Below are positions 38,316 to 46,968 of a stretch of 64,000 bases of DNA, in pieces (positions within the stretch are counted from its first letter, which is position 1; the number at the start of each line of letters is the position of its first letter). Below the pieces are notes generated by a model, which saw nothing but the letters and a program-made list of their open reading frames with translations, made no database searches and had not been told where the DNA came from. Both the position numbers and the translations under genes were made by a program. Source of the stretch: an uncultured Planctomycetales bacterium (lineage in GTDB: Bacteria > Planctomycetota > UBA1135). The DNA lies in assembly GCA_964637165.1 (NCBI GenBank), contig CAZWVI010000001.1, forward strand, positions 28,488 through 92,487, read 5' to 3'.

Positions 38316-38825
38316 TTACTCCTCTTCGAAGGAGCCGGCAAAGGAAATCTTGGAGAAGCCCTTTGCAATTACAACATCGAGAATGCCAACGACGTCGCCG
38401 TAGACAACACCCTTGCGTGGGTCGATGGTGATGGGGGTGTCATCTTTCTGCTTTTGAGTTTTACTAAAGGCATTTAGGTGACGGTCAAGTCTCGCCAAAT
38501 CGGTGAACTTGGAGGAGCCGACTTCGAACTGAACGAGGCGTCCAACGTAGTGCTTGAGGCGACCTTGAGGTGATGAAGTTGTGCGAGTAGTTGGGTCAAG
38601 AACGAGTTGTCCTTTCTTTTTAACCTTAATGACAATGTCGACCTTTTCAATTTCGTCGGCAGTCGAGGCGCTAGTACCACGGTCCTTGGGCAGAGCAGCA
38701 TCGAGGCGCCCTTCAAGAACTTTGAACTTCAGCGTCACAATAAAGAAGATCAAGAGCAGGAAGGTGACGTCAATCATTGGCGCCATGTCCGGTTTTACTT
38801 CTTCAAACTTTTGAGGTTTACCCAT
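38316..38825 (-). CDS. exbD: ExbD/TolR-family protein (second copy)
   Basis: Shows PDMAPMIDVTFLLLIFFIV (conserved TM Asp) and a periplasmic domain ending PITIDPRKGVVYGDVVGILDV. Its ATG overlaps the upstream TAA (TAATG), with GGAGGAG upstream. Confidence 0.85.
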   Translation of the reverse strand: MGKPQKFEEVKPDMAPMIDVTFLLLIFFIVTLKFKVLEGRLDAALPKDRGTSASTADEIEKVDIVIKVKKKGQLVLDPTTRTTSSPQGRLKHYVGRLVQFEVGSSKFTDLARLDRHLNAFSKTQKQKDDTPITIDPRKGVVYGDVVGILDVVIAKGFSKISFAGSFEEE

Positions 38826-39355
38826 TACTTAACTCCTCCTACTTCCGGCTCAGAGGCAGCCAATTGAACTTTCCAAATGCGAATGCCTTCGCGGGTGCAG
38901 GTTTCCATGATTCGCGAGATGTACTTAAACTCGGTATTTCGGTCTGCACGAATCAAAATTGGATCATCAGGAAGCTTGCCCAAATTTGGATGTTCATCGT
39001 CAGCGACATGCTCCATCCGCTCAGCCCACTTCACCATTTCTTGGGCTAGCATCCAGTAGTAATCAGGTCGCCCTTTGCGGACAGGGTCGGTACGTCCACC
39101 AGAGTCAATGCCTGGCCAGTAGAGATCCTTCTTCTTATGAATGATGGTGCCGTCTGGCATTACGTTCAAAATCGGACGGCCTGGAGGAGGGTCGTCGTGG
39201 CCAGCTTCTACCGCGATTGGTAGTTTTAGGTCCTCGAGTTCCTGTTGAGTCAAGTCGTTAACAATGATGAAAAAGATGATCATCAAAAACGTAACGTCAA
39301 TCATGGGCGTCATGTCCATTTCGATGTCAGTGTCTGGTGTTCCTTTTTTACTCAT
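38825..39355 (-). CDS. exbD: ExbD/TolR-family protein (first copy)
   Basis: Shows MDMTPMIDVTFLMIIFFIIV, then a periplasmic domain (ILIRADRNTEFKYISRIMETC). Confidence 0.85.
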   Translation of the reverse strand: MSKKGTPDTDIEMDMTPMIDVTFLMIIFFIIVNDLTQQELEDLKLPIAVEAGHDDPPPGRPILNVMPDGTIIHKKKDLYWPGIDSGGRTDPVRKGRPDYYWMLAQEMVKWAERMEHVADDEHPNLGKLPDDPILIRADRNTEFKYISRIMETCTREGIRIWKVQLAASEPEVGGVK

Positions 39356-39387
39356 TTGTAACTCTGCTTAGGGTTAACGATTTTGCT

Positions 39388-40101
39388 TTACTCAGTCGGG
39401 CGGAAGCGGTCGAACATTTCTTCAACGATGGCACCAATCTCAAGCGAGAGCATGTTTACACGGTTACGGAAGAAAACGAAGAACGCAGTTACCGGAATCG
39501 CCACGGTTAGACCCAAAACGGTAGTAACCAGAGCCAATTGAATGTCACCGGCAAAATCTCGTGGTTCAACGGATGCGGACGATGCAATAACACCAAACGC
39601 ACCAACCATTCCAGTAACCGTACCGAACAAACCCATCATGGGCGAGATTCCAGCGATAAGTGAAAGGTAGCCAATCTTTTGGTGAAGCTTGACTGACTCT
39701 TCGTCTTCCATTTCTTCAACAGATTTTTCCAGAGCTGCGAAAGGGTAACCAATTCGGCGAACTCCAGCGGCCACGATGTTAGTGAACATGCATGGTTCTG
39801 TCTCGCAGTACTCAAGAACTTCTTGGTAATTACCAGCGTTCATAAGCTCCTCAACTTCGTCAATAATTTCTGGCGGCGCAAGTTTCTCGCGCTTGATGCT
39901 CATGAAGTGTTCAACGATGAGTGTTCCAGCAACAACTGAAATACCAATGATGATAAAACCAATGGTACCACCCTTAGAGATGGCGTCGAAGATTCCGACC
40001 TTGTTGGCAGCAGCTACAGGAGCGGCTTCTTGGGCAAAGGCGTATGAGGTTGTGAGGAACCAGCCGGAAAGTAGGCCGGCGAGTTGGTGAAGACGGGTCA
40101 T
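39388..40101 (-). CDS. exbB: MotA/TolQ/ExbB-family proton-channel protein
   Basis: N-terminal signal-like segment, then three TM helices with the family motif (LSLIAGISPMMGLFGTVTGMVGAF...LALVTTVLGLTVAIP). Confidence 0.9.
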   Translation of the reverse strand: MTRLHQLAGLLSGWFLTTSYAFAQEAAPVAAANKVGIFDAISKGGTIGFIIIGISVVAGTLIVEHFMSIKREKLAPPEIIDEVEELMNAGNYQEVLEYCETEPCMFTNIVAAGVRRIGYPFAALEKSVEEMEDEESVKLHQKIGYLSLIAGISPMMGLFGTVTGMVGAFGVIASSASVEPRDFAGDIQLALVTTVLGLTVAIPVTAFFVFFRNRVNMLSLEIGAIVEEMFDRFRPTE

Positions 40102-40205
40102 TTTGACTACGGGACCGAGTTTAGGGGGGGAGCTTCTAGCCTGAGTGGGTAGAAGGGGTTGAACAGGTGCTTGATTCTAACTGAGTTGTAAGGCTTTGCT
40201 CAAAC

Positions 40206-41279
40206 TTAGCCATCAAGCATTGCGCGGGCTTTAACCGCCCAACTAGTAGAAGAGTAGTCATCTACTAGGCGTTGGTAATAAGACTTCGCAGAAGTTGGGG
40301 TATTTTCCAGCTCTGCACAAGTCTCGGCCAGCTCAAAAAGTGCTCTTGCACTAACTTCTTGGCTAGCTGGCATTGTCGCAACCACTTGCGCTAAAAGAAG
40401 TTGCGCGTCGCGTAAGGCTCCTGACTGGCGCGCCGCACGAGCCGCTCCAACAGTAGCCGCTGCGCGAACATCTAGGCTGGAATTACGATCTCGACCGAGG
40501 TTTTCCCAGTAAGAGCGCGCTTTTGCTACTCCATCTTTTGCTTCAATGGAATCGCCAAGGAGGATTTGCCCACGGCTATGTAGTTTGCGGAGGCGGGTGC
40601 GGAGCGCATTTGAGCTATCTCCGGACTTCAGCGCGTCAGCTATCTTCGGCACTAAGTCGCGTAGGCGAGCTTCGGCAACAGTTGCTTGTTTGCCTATAAG
40701 GAATACCTCGCAACGACCGAGCCTAGCACCGAATTCAATGTGGTTTGGCAGGGTCTTTTCAAACGCGAATGCGGCCAATTTCTCAAAAAGCTTGGCAGCT
40801 GAATCGGTATCACCAGCGGCGGCAGTGGCCATGGCTTGACCGGTTTGAGCTCGTGCTGAGAACCAACTATCTGGGTTGGCAGCTAGCCAGGTAGCAAAGG
40901 CTTTTTGAGCTTCGCTAGCTTTGCCTCCATCAATTTGCGACCAGGCGAGAAGCGTTTCAGCATTAAGCAAGCCTGCCAAGGTAGAGGTTAGGCCATCACT
41001 GGATGCTGCGATCGAGCTAAATGTCCCAGTAGCGTTTTGATAGTCAAAGTCAGCTAGGTATCGGTTTCCAGCACTTAAAGCGGAATTTACCGCAACTAGA
41101 TCCAAATCAAGAATTTGCGAACTTTTGAGCGACTTCGACTTGCCGCGACCATCTTTCCAGGTAACTTTTGAGACCGTGGCGGTTTCAATTGTTCCGTCGG
41201 TAACTGTTCCATCAAGCTGAATGATTGCATCTTGGGCGAATGCGGGAACGGCAAGTAGTAGGGCGCAGAGAGCAGGCAT
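40206..41279 (-). CDS. Secreted TPR-like repeat protein (~357 aa)
   Basis: The ATG at 41279 gives an immediate signal peptide (MPALCALLLAVPAFAQDA), 2 nt after the upstream stop. The rest is Ala/Leu-rich helical repeats. No Pro-rich spacer or TonB C-terminal domain was recognised. Confidence 0.7.
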   Translation of the reverse strand: MPALCALLLAVPAFAQDAIIQLDGTVTDGTIETATVSKVTWKDGRGKSKSLKSSQILDLDLVAVNSALSAGNRYLADFDYQNATGTFSSIAASSDGLTSTLAGLLNAETLLAWSQIDGGKASEAQKAFATWLAANPDSWFSARAQTGQAMATAAAGDTDSAAKLFEKLAAFAFEKTLPNHIEFGARLGRCEVFLIGKQATVAEARLRDLVPKIADALKSGDSSNALRTRLRKLHSRGQILLGDSIEAKDGVAKARSYWENLGRDRNSSLDVRAAATVGAARAARQSGALRDAQLLLAQVVATMPASQEVSARALFELAETCAELENTPTSAKSYYQRLVDDYSSTSWAVKARAMLDG

Positions 41280-41281
41280 GA

Positions 41282-44167
41282 TTATTGACGGTTCTTGAGC
41301 CATTTAAGAATGTTTGCTAGGTCAGCGCCGGCTGCTTCCTCCCCGAGGTCGGGGGCTAAGCGCTCAATGCTACTGATTAGGTTCGTGTGACGACCAGCAA
41401 AAGTGGTGTCCGAAGTAGACCGCTTGTAAAGCAAGTATGCGTATTGCATACGAGCTTGCCAATAAGGGGCGTGTTCGAATTTGCTAACGTTATTATCATT
41501 AGCGTCCTTTTCGGCTAGTTGGGTAAGGGTAGTAATTAGGGTTGTGGCCTTCTCGTAACTTTCAAGTCCACCGATTCCTTCAACTTCAACAACACGGCCT
41601 TCGCGAATAACTGGCCAGCCAACCAAAACCTTTGCGGCGGCATTAATCACTCGCAAGTTGTTGGGTTTCTTGTCCAGCAGTTCGTCAATGATTGGACCCG
41701 CTTGAGCAGTGTTAAATTGCATCAGGTAAGCATCGACCAAATCTAATTGAGCAAAGAAGCGATTGCTACTTGAGAAGGATTTGTCATCAGCAAAGTTGAC
41801 AATGATTTTTTCTAGAAGAGTAGTGGCTGCAGCTGGTTGCTGAATGTCTAAACGAAGGCGAGCTTCCTTAAGAAGGTTCTGCCAAGCTACTTTGCCGGCG
41901 CGGTTATTTGCTACTCCTAGGTAGTCAGTCGCAGTGGTTAGCAAACCGAGTTTCACTTTTTCGTCAGTCTCACTGTCAGCGCGTTTACTCCAAAAACCGA
42001 ACATGTAGTGGGCAGCTTGCGAAATACGCGAGTCTGGATATCCACCGCTAAGTAGTGATTCGTAGGCGCTAGTGGCGGCCGCATCGTCACCCAAGGCTAA
42101 GTGTGCTTCAAGCATCGAGACAATTGCCGCTGCTGCGTAACTGCGTTGCTCAGGATAGCGATCAGGGAATCCAGAGTATGAGTCAAGAACGCCTTGCCAA
42201 TGAATATCTTGACCGGCTTTAGCTTGTTTGTATCGTGTTTGGCCACGATAGAAATCTGCTTGAGATGTTGCGTCTTTTCTGGTCTTACGTCCGCGTGCGT
42301 CCTGAGGAGTGTTGTCAGGATTTTGCGTGAAAACTTCTAAGTAGTCATTGAAAATGCGGAAGGCTTCATCGCCAGCGCTGGCTTGCCAGGCAAGTTTGCG
42401 AAATTCGCACATGCCAATTTGCACCATGGCATTTTCAAAATAGCGACTTCCACGTTCAATTTTTTGGTAACTTGCAATGGAAGTGTTTAAGGCTTTTAGT
42501 GCTGCAGTAACTTCAGTGGATCCCTTTGCCTTACCGCGTGCTGCTCGGCCTTTATCTTTAGCCAAGCTGTAGTCTGATTGAGCTGCGTTCCAGATTGCTT
42601 GGTCTGGTGCGCCGCCGGTACTGGAAGCCGAGACTGCCGCAATCGAATCTTTAAAAAATCGATCAAGAGCGGCGTCGCCAGGGTTGGAGCTGCGGAATTT
42701 GTCGGCTAGCTTCATCCAAGCCTCAGCATTCTTAGCAGCGAACTCCTCGTCATCTGGGAAAAGTTCAAATCCTAATTGGTGACTAACAGCAGCTTCTAAA
42801 TCTTGTTCTAGGTAGGAGTAAGAACGGGCAAGGTAGTAGTAGGTGGCCGCGCCGAATTCGTCTGTTTGGCGACTTTTTCCTAAGCGGGTTAGGAGTAATA
42901 AAAACCCATCGCGTGCTTTGGCAAACTCTTTTTGAAAGTAAGCACCCTCAGCTGCAGAGTAAGCAACCCCGAGGTCAATTTTGGCATCTTCTGGGGCCGC
43001 GGCAATTGCTAGACCCATTACCTCGTTTGCATCGAGGCGCAGGCGGCTGGTTTCATTTTCACGAGCAACCAATTCGGCAACGGCGATCGCTTCAGCAAAA
43101 TTTCCGCTGCGCACTTGATTGCGTGCTACTAATAACAAAACCCGGTAGCCACTTTGGGAGAGGAATACACCCTCGTCATCAACCCATTGACGGAAAGTTT
43201 CGCCCAAGGTTACCGCATCTGCGGCGCGTCCCCATTTGGGGTAAAGCTTCATCATGCCTAAGTAGGCATCTTGTTGAACTTCGCGGCGGCCATCTACTTC
43301 AGCATCGGCCATTTCGTGGCCTTCTGGCACGGAGTTTTCAATGACGTGAAGATAGAAGGCTTCAGACTCTTCGAAAGTCATGTCGGCATCTTCGTTTTTG
43401 CCACGCGCCAATTCGGCTTCAGCGCGCAAAACATAAGTGTCGGCCATTTGTTTGTAGGCCATGAATCCAGGACGCGAGGAATCGCCAGCTAGCAAGGCGA
43501 AGTCCTCAAATAACTCTAAGCATTTTTGGGAACGTTCCAGGCGTTCAATGGTGCTTGGGTCGTAGGCAGCCGCCCAGAAGTAGAATATTTGGGCTTTAAA
43601 GTATTTCGCCGGAAAGTAAGCGGTGTAACGCAGAGAATCTTTCTCGTCGCCACTGGCCATGCTTTCCCATTGGCTAATAATTTTATCTAGTCCATCTTTA
43701 GCGGCTAGGAATAAGGTGTTGGCCTTTTCCGTTAGGGCGCTGCGCTCCTCCGAACCAACCGGGAGATTGACAATTTCAATCTGTAAGGCGGAGCCGTATT
43801 GAAAAGCTAATTCCCCAAGTGCTACTTGGGCGTTGGTGGCTAGTCGCGCCGGCGGCGAGTCCGCCAAGAAATCGGCGTAGGCACTTGCCGCTGCATTGAG
43901 CGCTTCAAGCTTTTGCTCGGGGTTAGCGCGGCGCGCAGTAGCTTTGCGAACGTCACAGCGAGCGAGCAACAACTCACTACGTCCAGCACCGCTAGCATTT
44001 TTCAATGCCTTGGATAGGACCTCCTCGGCCATTTCGTCAAAGCCAAGTTCAGTGGTCAAAGCGCGCGCGAAGTTAGCTTCGCGGCGGAGATGGAGATCGC
44101 CGGCCGGCTCCTGGAGGGGAGCTGGTAGGCAGAAGAGAAGCGTAGCCGTGGCTAGCATGCCTAGCAT
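41282..44167 (-). CDS. Large secreted TPR/helical-repeat protein (961 aa)
   Basis: N-terminal hydrophobic signal (MLGMLATATLLFCLPAP). The whole length consists of TPR-like A/Y/L-rich helical pairs. No enzymatic motif recognised. Confidence 0.75.
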   Translation of the reverse strand: MLGMLATATLLFCLPAPLQEPAGDLHLRREANFARALTTELGFDEMAEEVLSKALKNASGAGRSELLLARCDVRKATARRANPEQKLEALNAAASAYADFLADSPPARLATNAQVALGELAFQYGSALQIEIVNLPVGSEERSALTEKANTLFLAAKDGLDKIISQWESMASGDEKDSLRYTAYFPAKYFKAQIFYFWAAAYDPSTIERLERSQKCLELFEDFALLAGDSSRPGFMAYKQMADTYVLRAEAELARGKNEDADMTFEESEAFYLHVIENSVPEGHEMADAEVDGRREVQQDAYLGMMKLYPKWGRAADAVTLGETFRQWVDDEGVFLSQSGYRVLLLVARNQVRSGNFAEAIAVAELVARENETSRLRLDANEVMGLAIAAAPEDAKIDLGVAYSAAEGAYFQKEFAKARDGFLLLLTRLGKSRQTDEFGAATYYYLARSYSYLEQDLEAAVSHQLGFELFPDDEEFAAKNAEAWMKLADKFRSSNPGDAALDRFFKDSIAAVSASSTGGAPDQAIWNAAQSDYSLAKDKGRAARGKAKGSTEVTAALKALNTSIASYQKIERGSRYFENAMVQIGMCEFRKLAWQASAGDEAFRIFNDYLEVFTQNPDNTPQDARGRKTRKDATSQADFYRGQTRYKQAKAGQDIHWQGVLDSYSGFPDRYPEQRSYAAAAIVSMLEAHLALGDDAAATSAYESLLSGGYPDSRISQAAHYMFGFWSKRADSETDEKVKLGLLTTATDYLGVANNRAGKVAWQNLLKEARLRLDIQQPAAATTLLEKIIVNFADDKSFSSSNRFFAQLDLVDAYLMQFNTAQAGPIIDELLDKKPNNLRVINAAAKVLVGWPVIREGRVVEVEGIGGLESYEKATTLITTLTQLAEKDANDNNVSKFEHAPYWQARMQYAYLLYKRSTSDTTFAGRHTNLISSIERLAPDLGEEAAGADLANILKWLKNRQ

Positions 44168-44206
44168 TCCGTGGTTTGGTGCAGGTGTGGGGGTGGGGAA
44201 ACTGAA

Positions 44207-44235
44207 GTCGGCCGAGGCTTAAATCCTCGGCCGAC
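44207..44235 (-). terminator. Strong hairpin between secretin B and the TPR genes (terminator/attenuator or RNA-stability element)
   Basis: Perfect 11-bp inverted repeat GTCGGCCGAGG (44207-44217) / CCTCGGCCGAC (44225-44235) with a 7-nt loop. It lies 10 nt downstream of the secretin B stop on the minus strand and is followed there by TTCAGTTT. Confidence 0.4.
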
Positions 44236-44244
44236 ATTTAGCAA

Positions 44245-46890
44245 CTACTGGGCAGAGCCCGGTGTAGCTGATGGTTCGAATTCTTCAGGCACGATAATCC
44301 GTGCGGATAGAAGAATGATCAGTTTCTGGTAGGACTCGTACTCGCCTTTCCGTGAAAAGAAGAAGGAGAGAATTGGAATCCGGTTAAGAATTGGGATGCC
44401 TGATTCTAGGTTTTGTTGATTAATCACTTTCATTCCACCAAGTAGCAAGGTGCCACCGTCTGGAATCATCACGCTGGTTGAAATCTTTTGCAGTTCCAAC
44501 TCTGGCAATTGCATTGTTACAGGTGAACCAGTTCCAAGTGATGTTTGGAATGAAGGGATTGGTCGAACTAGAGTCGCAACAGTTGGGCGAACATCAACGT
44601 AAGTGAAACGGCGGTCAGCTGAGACTACCGGTCGCACGTCGAGATACACACCGTCGCGGGCAACCCGAACAATCGGGTCAGCAATCGCCGCAGCTTGGGC
44701 GATTTCAACGTCAAAGTCACCAACGTATGAAACTTGGTTGGCAACTGTAAGGGTCGCACGTTGAGTATTTGAAACAGTAAGAGTTGATTCAGTTAGAACT
44801 TCACGTCGCTCAGACTTTTCAACTGCGCGCAACACCATGTTGAGTTGGGTGTCATCAAGGAATGTGTACTGCAAGCTTAAACCGCCAGAGCCCACCAAGC
44901 CTTCTTCGCTACCTAAACCTGAATCGTACAGGTGCTCAGTGCGTGAGATGATGTTGACGTTATCGCCAGCTTCACGGAAGTACATTCCTGAATCATTGCC
45001 AGTACCCAAGGTGCCAGGGGCGCCAGGTGAGCCTGGGTCAGTTCCGAAATCGTCGAAGACAAAATCATCTCCTTTACCAGAGATTCCAGATGTTGAATCA
45101 TCGCCAAGTCCGCGGAAGTCAACTCCAATGTCTTGCAAGAATGAATCTTCAACTTTTAAGAAGCGAACTTTGATGTCCACCATAATGTTTGAAGACTTGC
45201 GCAAATCTTCCAAGAGGCTCTTGATTCTTTCTTGGGTTGAAGGCGGCGCGTTAACAATCAACGTACCATTTTCAATTGCGACAGTTGCAGTGTCGTCCCA
45301 TGAGTCAGGCTCAATGTTCTCTTGGATGGCAGCCAGCAAATCATCCTCAGTAAGAACTTTTGCTTCGCGTTCAGGCAATTCTTCTTCAACTAATTCAATG
45401 CCACCAGAAGGGGCAAGGTTTACATCAGTTCCGACAAAGTCTTTAATTGGCCGAACAATGTCACGTACTTCAAACTTGTTGAGAATGTTGCCGCCGACTG
45501 ATTCTTCAGAACTCATTACATTGACCACGCCATTACGAATAACAAAACGCAATTGACCTTGGGTCATGTCTTCGATGATGGAAAGGATTTGCGAGACTGG
45601 CATCGCACGAGTGAAGGCCAAGTTAATAGTCTTTACATCTTCGTCCATGTCTTCACGTACAGCCCGCGAAACTACAAAGTTGACTCGAGTGTAGGCGGCT
45701 AAGTTGTCAGCAATTTCTTCAATTGTGTTTTCAAAGCGCGCTTCAATTCGAGTTGCGTCCAGTAGATTTTGGATTGCTGCTTCACTTGGGTCGGCCCCAG
45801 TTGCTGAAACCATCTTGTCTAGTGATTCTCGCTTAAGCACTGTGTTGCGCCAGTAATCGATGTCATGCTCGATAATGTTCTTTGGCGGCACAGCCATGGT
45901 GCGCAATTCATCAAAAGTAGCTTTCCATTGCTGACGGAAAGATGTGTCAGTTTCACGTTGACGGTTAGCGTGCCAAGCAGCGTTAGCTACTTCACGTAAG
46001 CCCAGTGCGTCTTGGTTGCGTGGATCCAATTCAAGTAAGGCGTCAAGCACCTTGACTGAATCGTTGTAATGACCTTGTGTGAACTTTTGGTTTGCGTCTT
46101 GGAATAAAGTTCGTACTCGGTTGCTTAAGTAGTTCTCGCGTGCGTCACGAGTCGCTTGTGCTTCTTGTTTGGCAGCAGCGGCTTCGGCTGAGCGTTGCGC
46201 GGTGAAGTAATCACTGCGCGCTTGGCTGGCTTCACTTAATTTTGATGCAACTAAGTTGTAGTCCAATGAACCGGCGGCCAAACTTGGTGAGGTGCGAAGA
46301 GCCATCTCAGCAGCTTGGTAAGAGCTCACGGCTGAATCAAAGTCGCCAGTCGCCATGGATGAATCGCCATCTTTGATTAGGCCTTCAACATGGATACGAC
46401 GATTCGCGCGGCGCAGCTGAGCTTGGGTGATGCGGTCTTCGGCTGAATCTACATCCCATGCACCACCAGCAAGCTGTTGTTCGCAACGACGTAAGCCATC
46501 GCGGCCATCACGGCTGTTCGGGTCAAGGTCGAGGGCATCGGCGTAAAGCATCGCGGCACCTTTGTAGTCTCCACGTTGGAACGCTTCATCGGCCTGGGCA
46601 ATAAACTGTCCACTTAGTAGACGAGCTTTTGCCTGATGGCGGTCAAGTTGGGCGCGCTCGTCAGAAACCGGCGCTTGAGGCGCAGGGTCTTGAACAGCAA
46701 CAGGTGTTGGGGCTGCGGGCGCAGCAGTGGGTGTGACCTCTACAGACGGCTCGGCTGGAGCTTCGGCAGATTCTTCGCTATCGGCCCAAGAGCCGAAATC
46801 GTCGAGAAACCACTCCTCGTCATTAGACTGGCAAGAAGCCAGAACGAGGGCGGGGAGCATGAACAGGGGGAACCGGTATTTGCGCATCAA
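44245..46890 (-). CDS. Secretin-family outer-membrane channel lipoprotein (881 aa), full-length paralog of secretin A ('secretin B')
   Basis: Lipobox LPALVLASC. TPR-like N-terminal region (FQRGDYKGAAMLYADALDLDPNS). N-domain-like segments are present (NGVVNVMSSE; NGTLIVNAPPSTQERIKSLLEDL). The secretin core shows GVDFRGLGD, FLDDTQLNMVLRAVEKSERREVL, IPDGGTLLLGGM and IPILNRIPILSFFFS. Confidence 0.9.
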   Translation of the reverse strand: MMRKYRFPLFMLPALVLASCQSNDEEWFLDDFGSWADSEESAEAPAEPSVEVTPTAAPAAPTPVAVQDPAPQAPVSDERAQLDRHQAKARLLSGQFIAQADEAFQRGDYKGAAMLYADALDLDPNSRDGRDGLRRCEQQLAGGAWDVDSAEDRITQAQLRRANRRIHVEGLIKDGDSSMATGDFDSAVSSYQAAEMALRTSPSLAAGSLDYNLVASKLSEASQARSDYFTAQRSAEAAAAKQEAQATRDARENYLSNRVRTLFQDANQKFTQGHYNDSVKVLDALLELDPRNQDALGLREVANAAWHANRQRETDTSFRQQWKATFDELRTMAVPPKNIIEHDIDYWRNTVLKRESLDKMVSATGADPSEAAIQNLLDATRIEARFENTIEEIADNLAAYTRVNFVVSRAVREDMDEDVKTINLAFTRAMPVSQILSIIEDMTQGQLRFVIRNGVVNVMSSEESVGGNILNKFEVRDIVRPIKDFVGTDVNLAPSGGIELVEEELPEREAKVLTEDDLLAAIQENIEPDSWDDTATVAIENGTLIVNAPPSTQERIKSLLEDLRKSSNIMVDIKVRFLKVEDSFLQDIGVDFRGLGDDSTSGISGKGDDFVFDDFGTDPGSPGAPGTLGTGNDSGMYFREAGDNVNIISRTEHLYDSGLGSEEGLVGSGGLSLQYTFLDDTQLNMVLRAVEKSERREVLTESTLTVSNTQRATLTVANQVSYVGDFDVEIAQAAAIADPIVRVARDGVYLDVRPVVSADRRFTYVDVRPTVATLVRPIPSFQTSLGTGSPVTMQLPELELQKISTSVMIPDGGTLLLGGMKVINQQNLESGIPILNRIPILSFFFSRKGEYESYQKLIILLSARIIVPEEFEPSATPGSAQ

Positions 46891-46968
46891 GCTTTATGCG
46901 GTGTTAAGTGAAGTAACTGCTGGCCGTTTGGCCTTTTAGGGGGGGGACAAGGATCTGAACCAAGGAGA

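Noticed and set aside
38823-38843. GGAGGAG upstream of the second exbD and the 1-nt TAATG overlap, considered as a programmed frameshift site
   Set aside because: This is ordinary translational coupling with a Shine-Dalgarno sequence inside the upstream gene. There is no slippery heptamer, and both ORFs are complete ExbD proteins.
40206-41279. The TPR-357 protein as a candidate TonB/TolA equivalent for the ExbBD motor
   Set aside because: It has a cleavable-looking signal peptide, not an N-terminal TM anchor with an SHLS-type motif. It also has no Pro/Lys-rich spacer and no recognisable TonB C-terminal domain. It is therefore left as a TPR protein of unknown role.
44837-45556. 239-aa ORF on the plus strand inside secretin B
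   Set aside because: It lies entirely antisense to a strongly supported secretin CDS. Its product is low-complexity and S/P/K-rich with no motif, which is typical of a shadow ORF.
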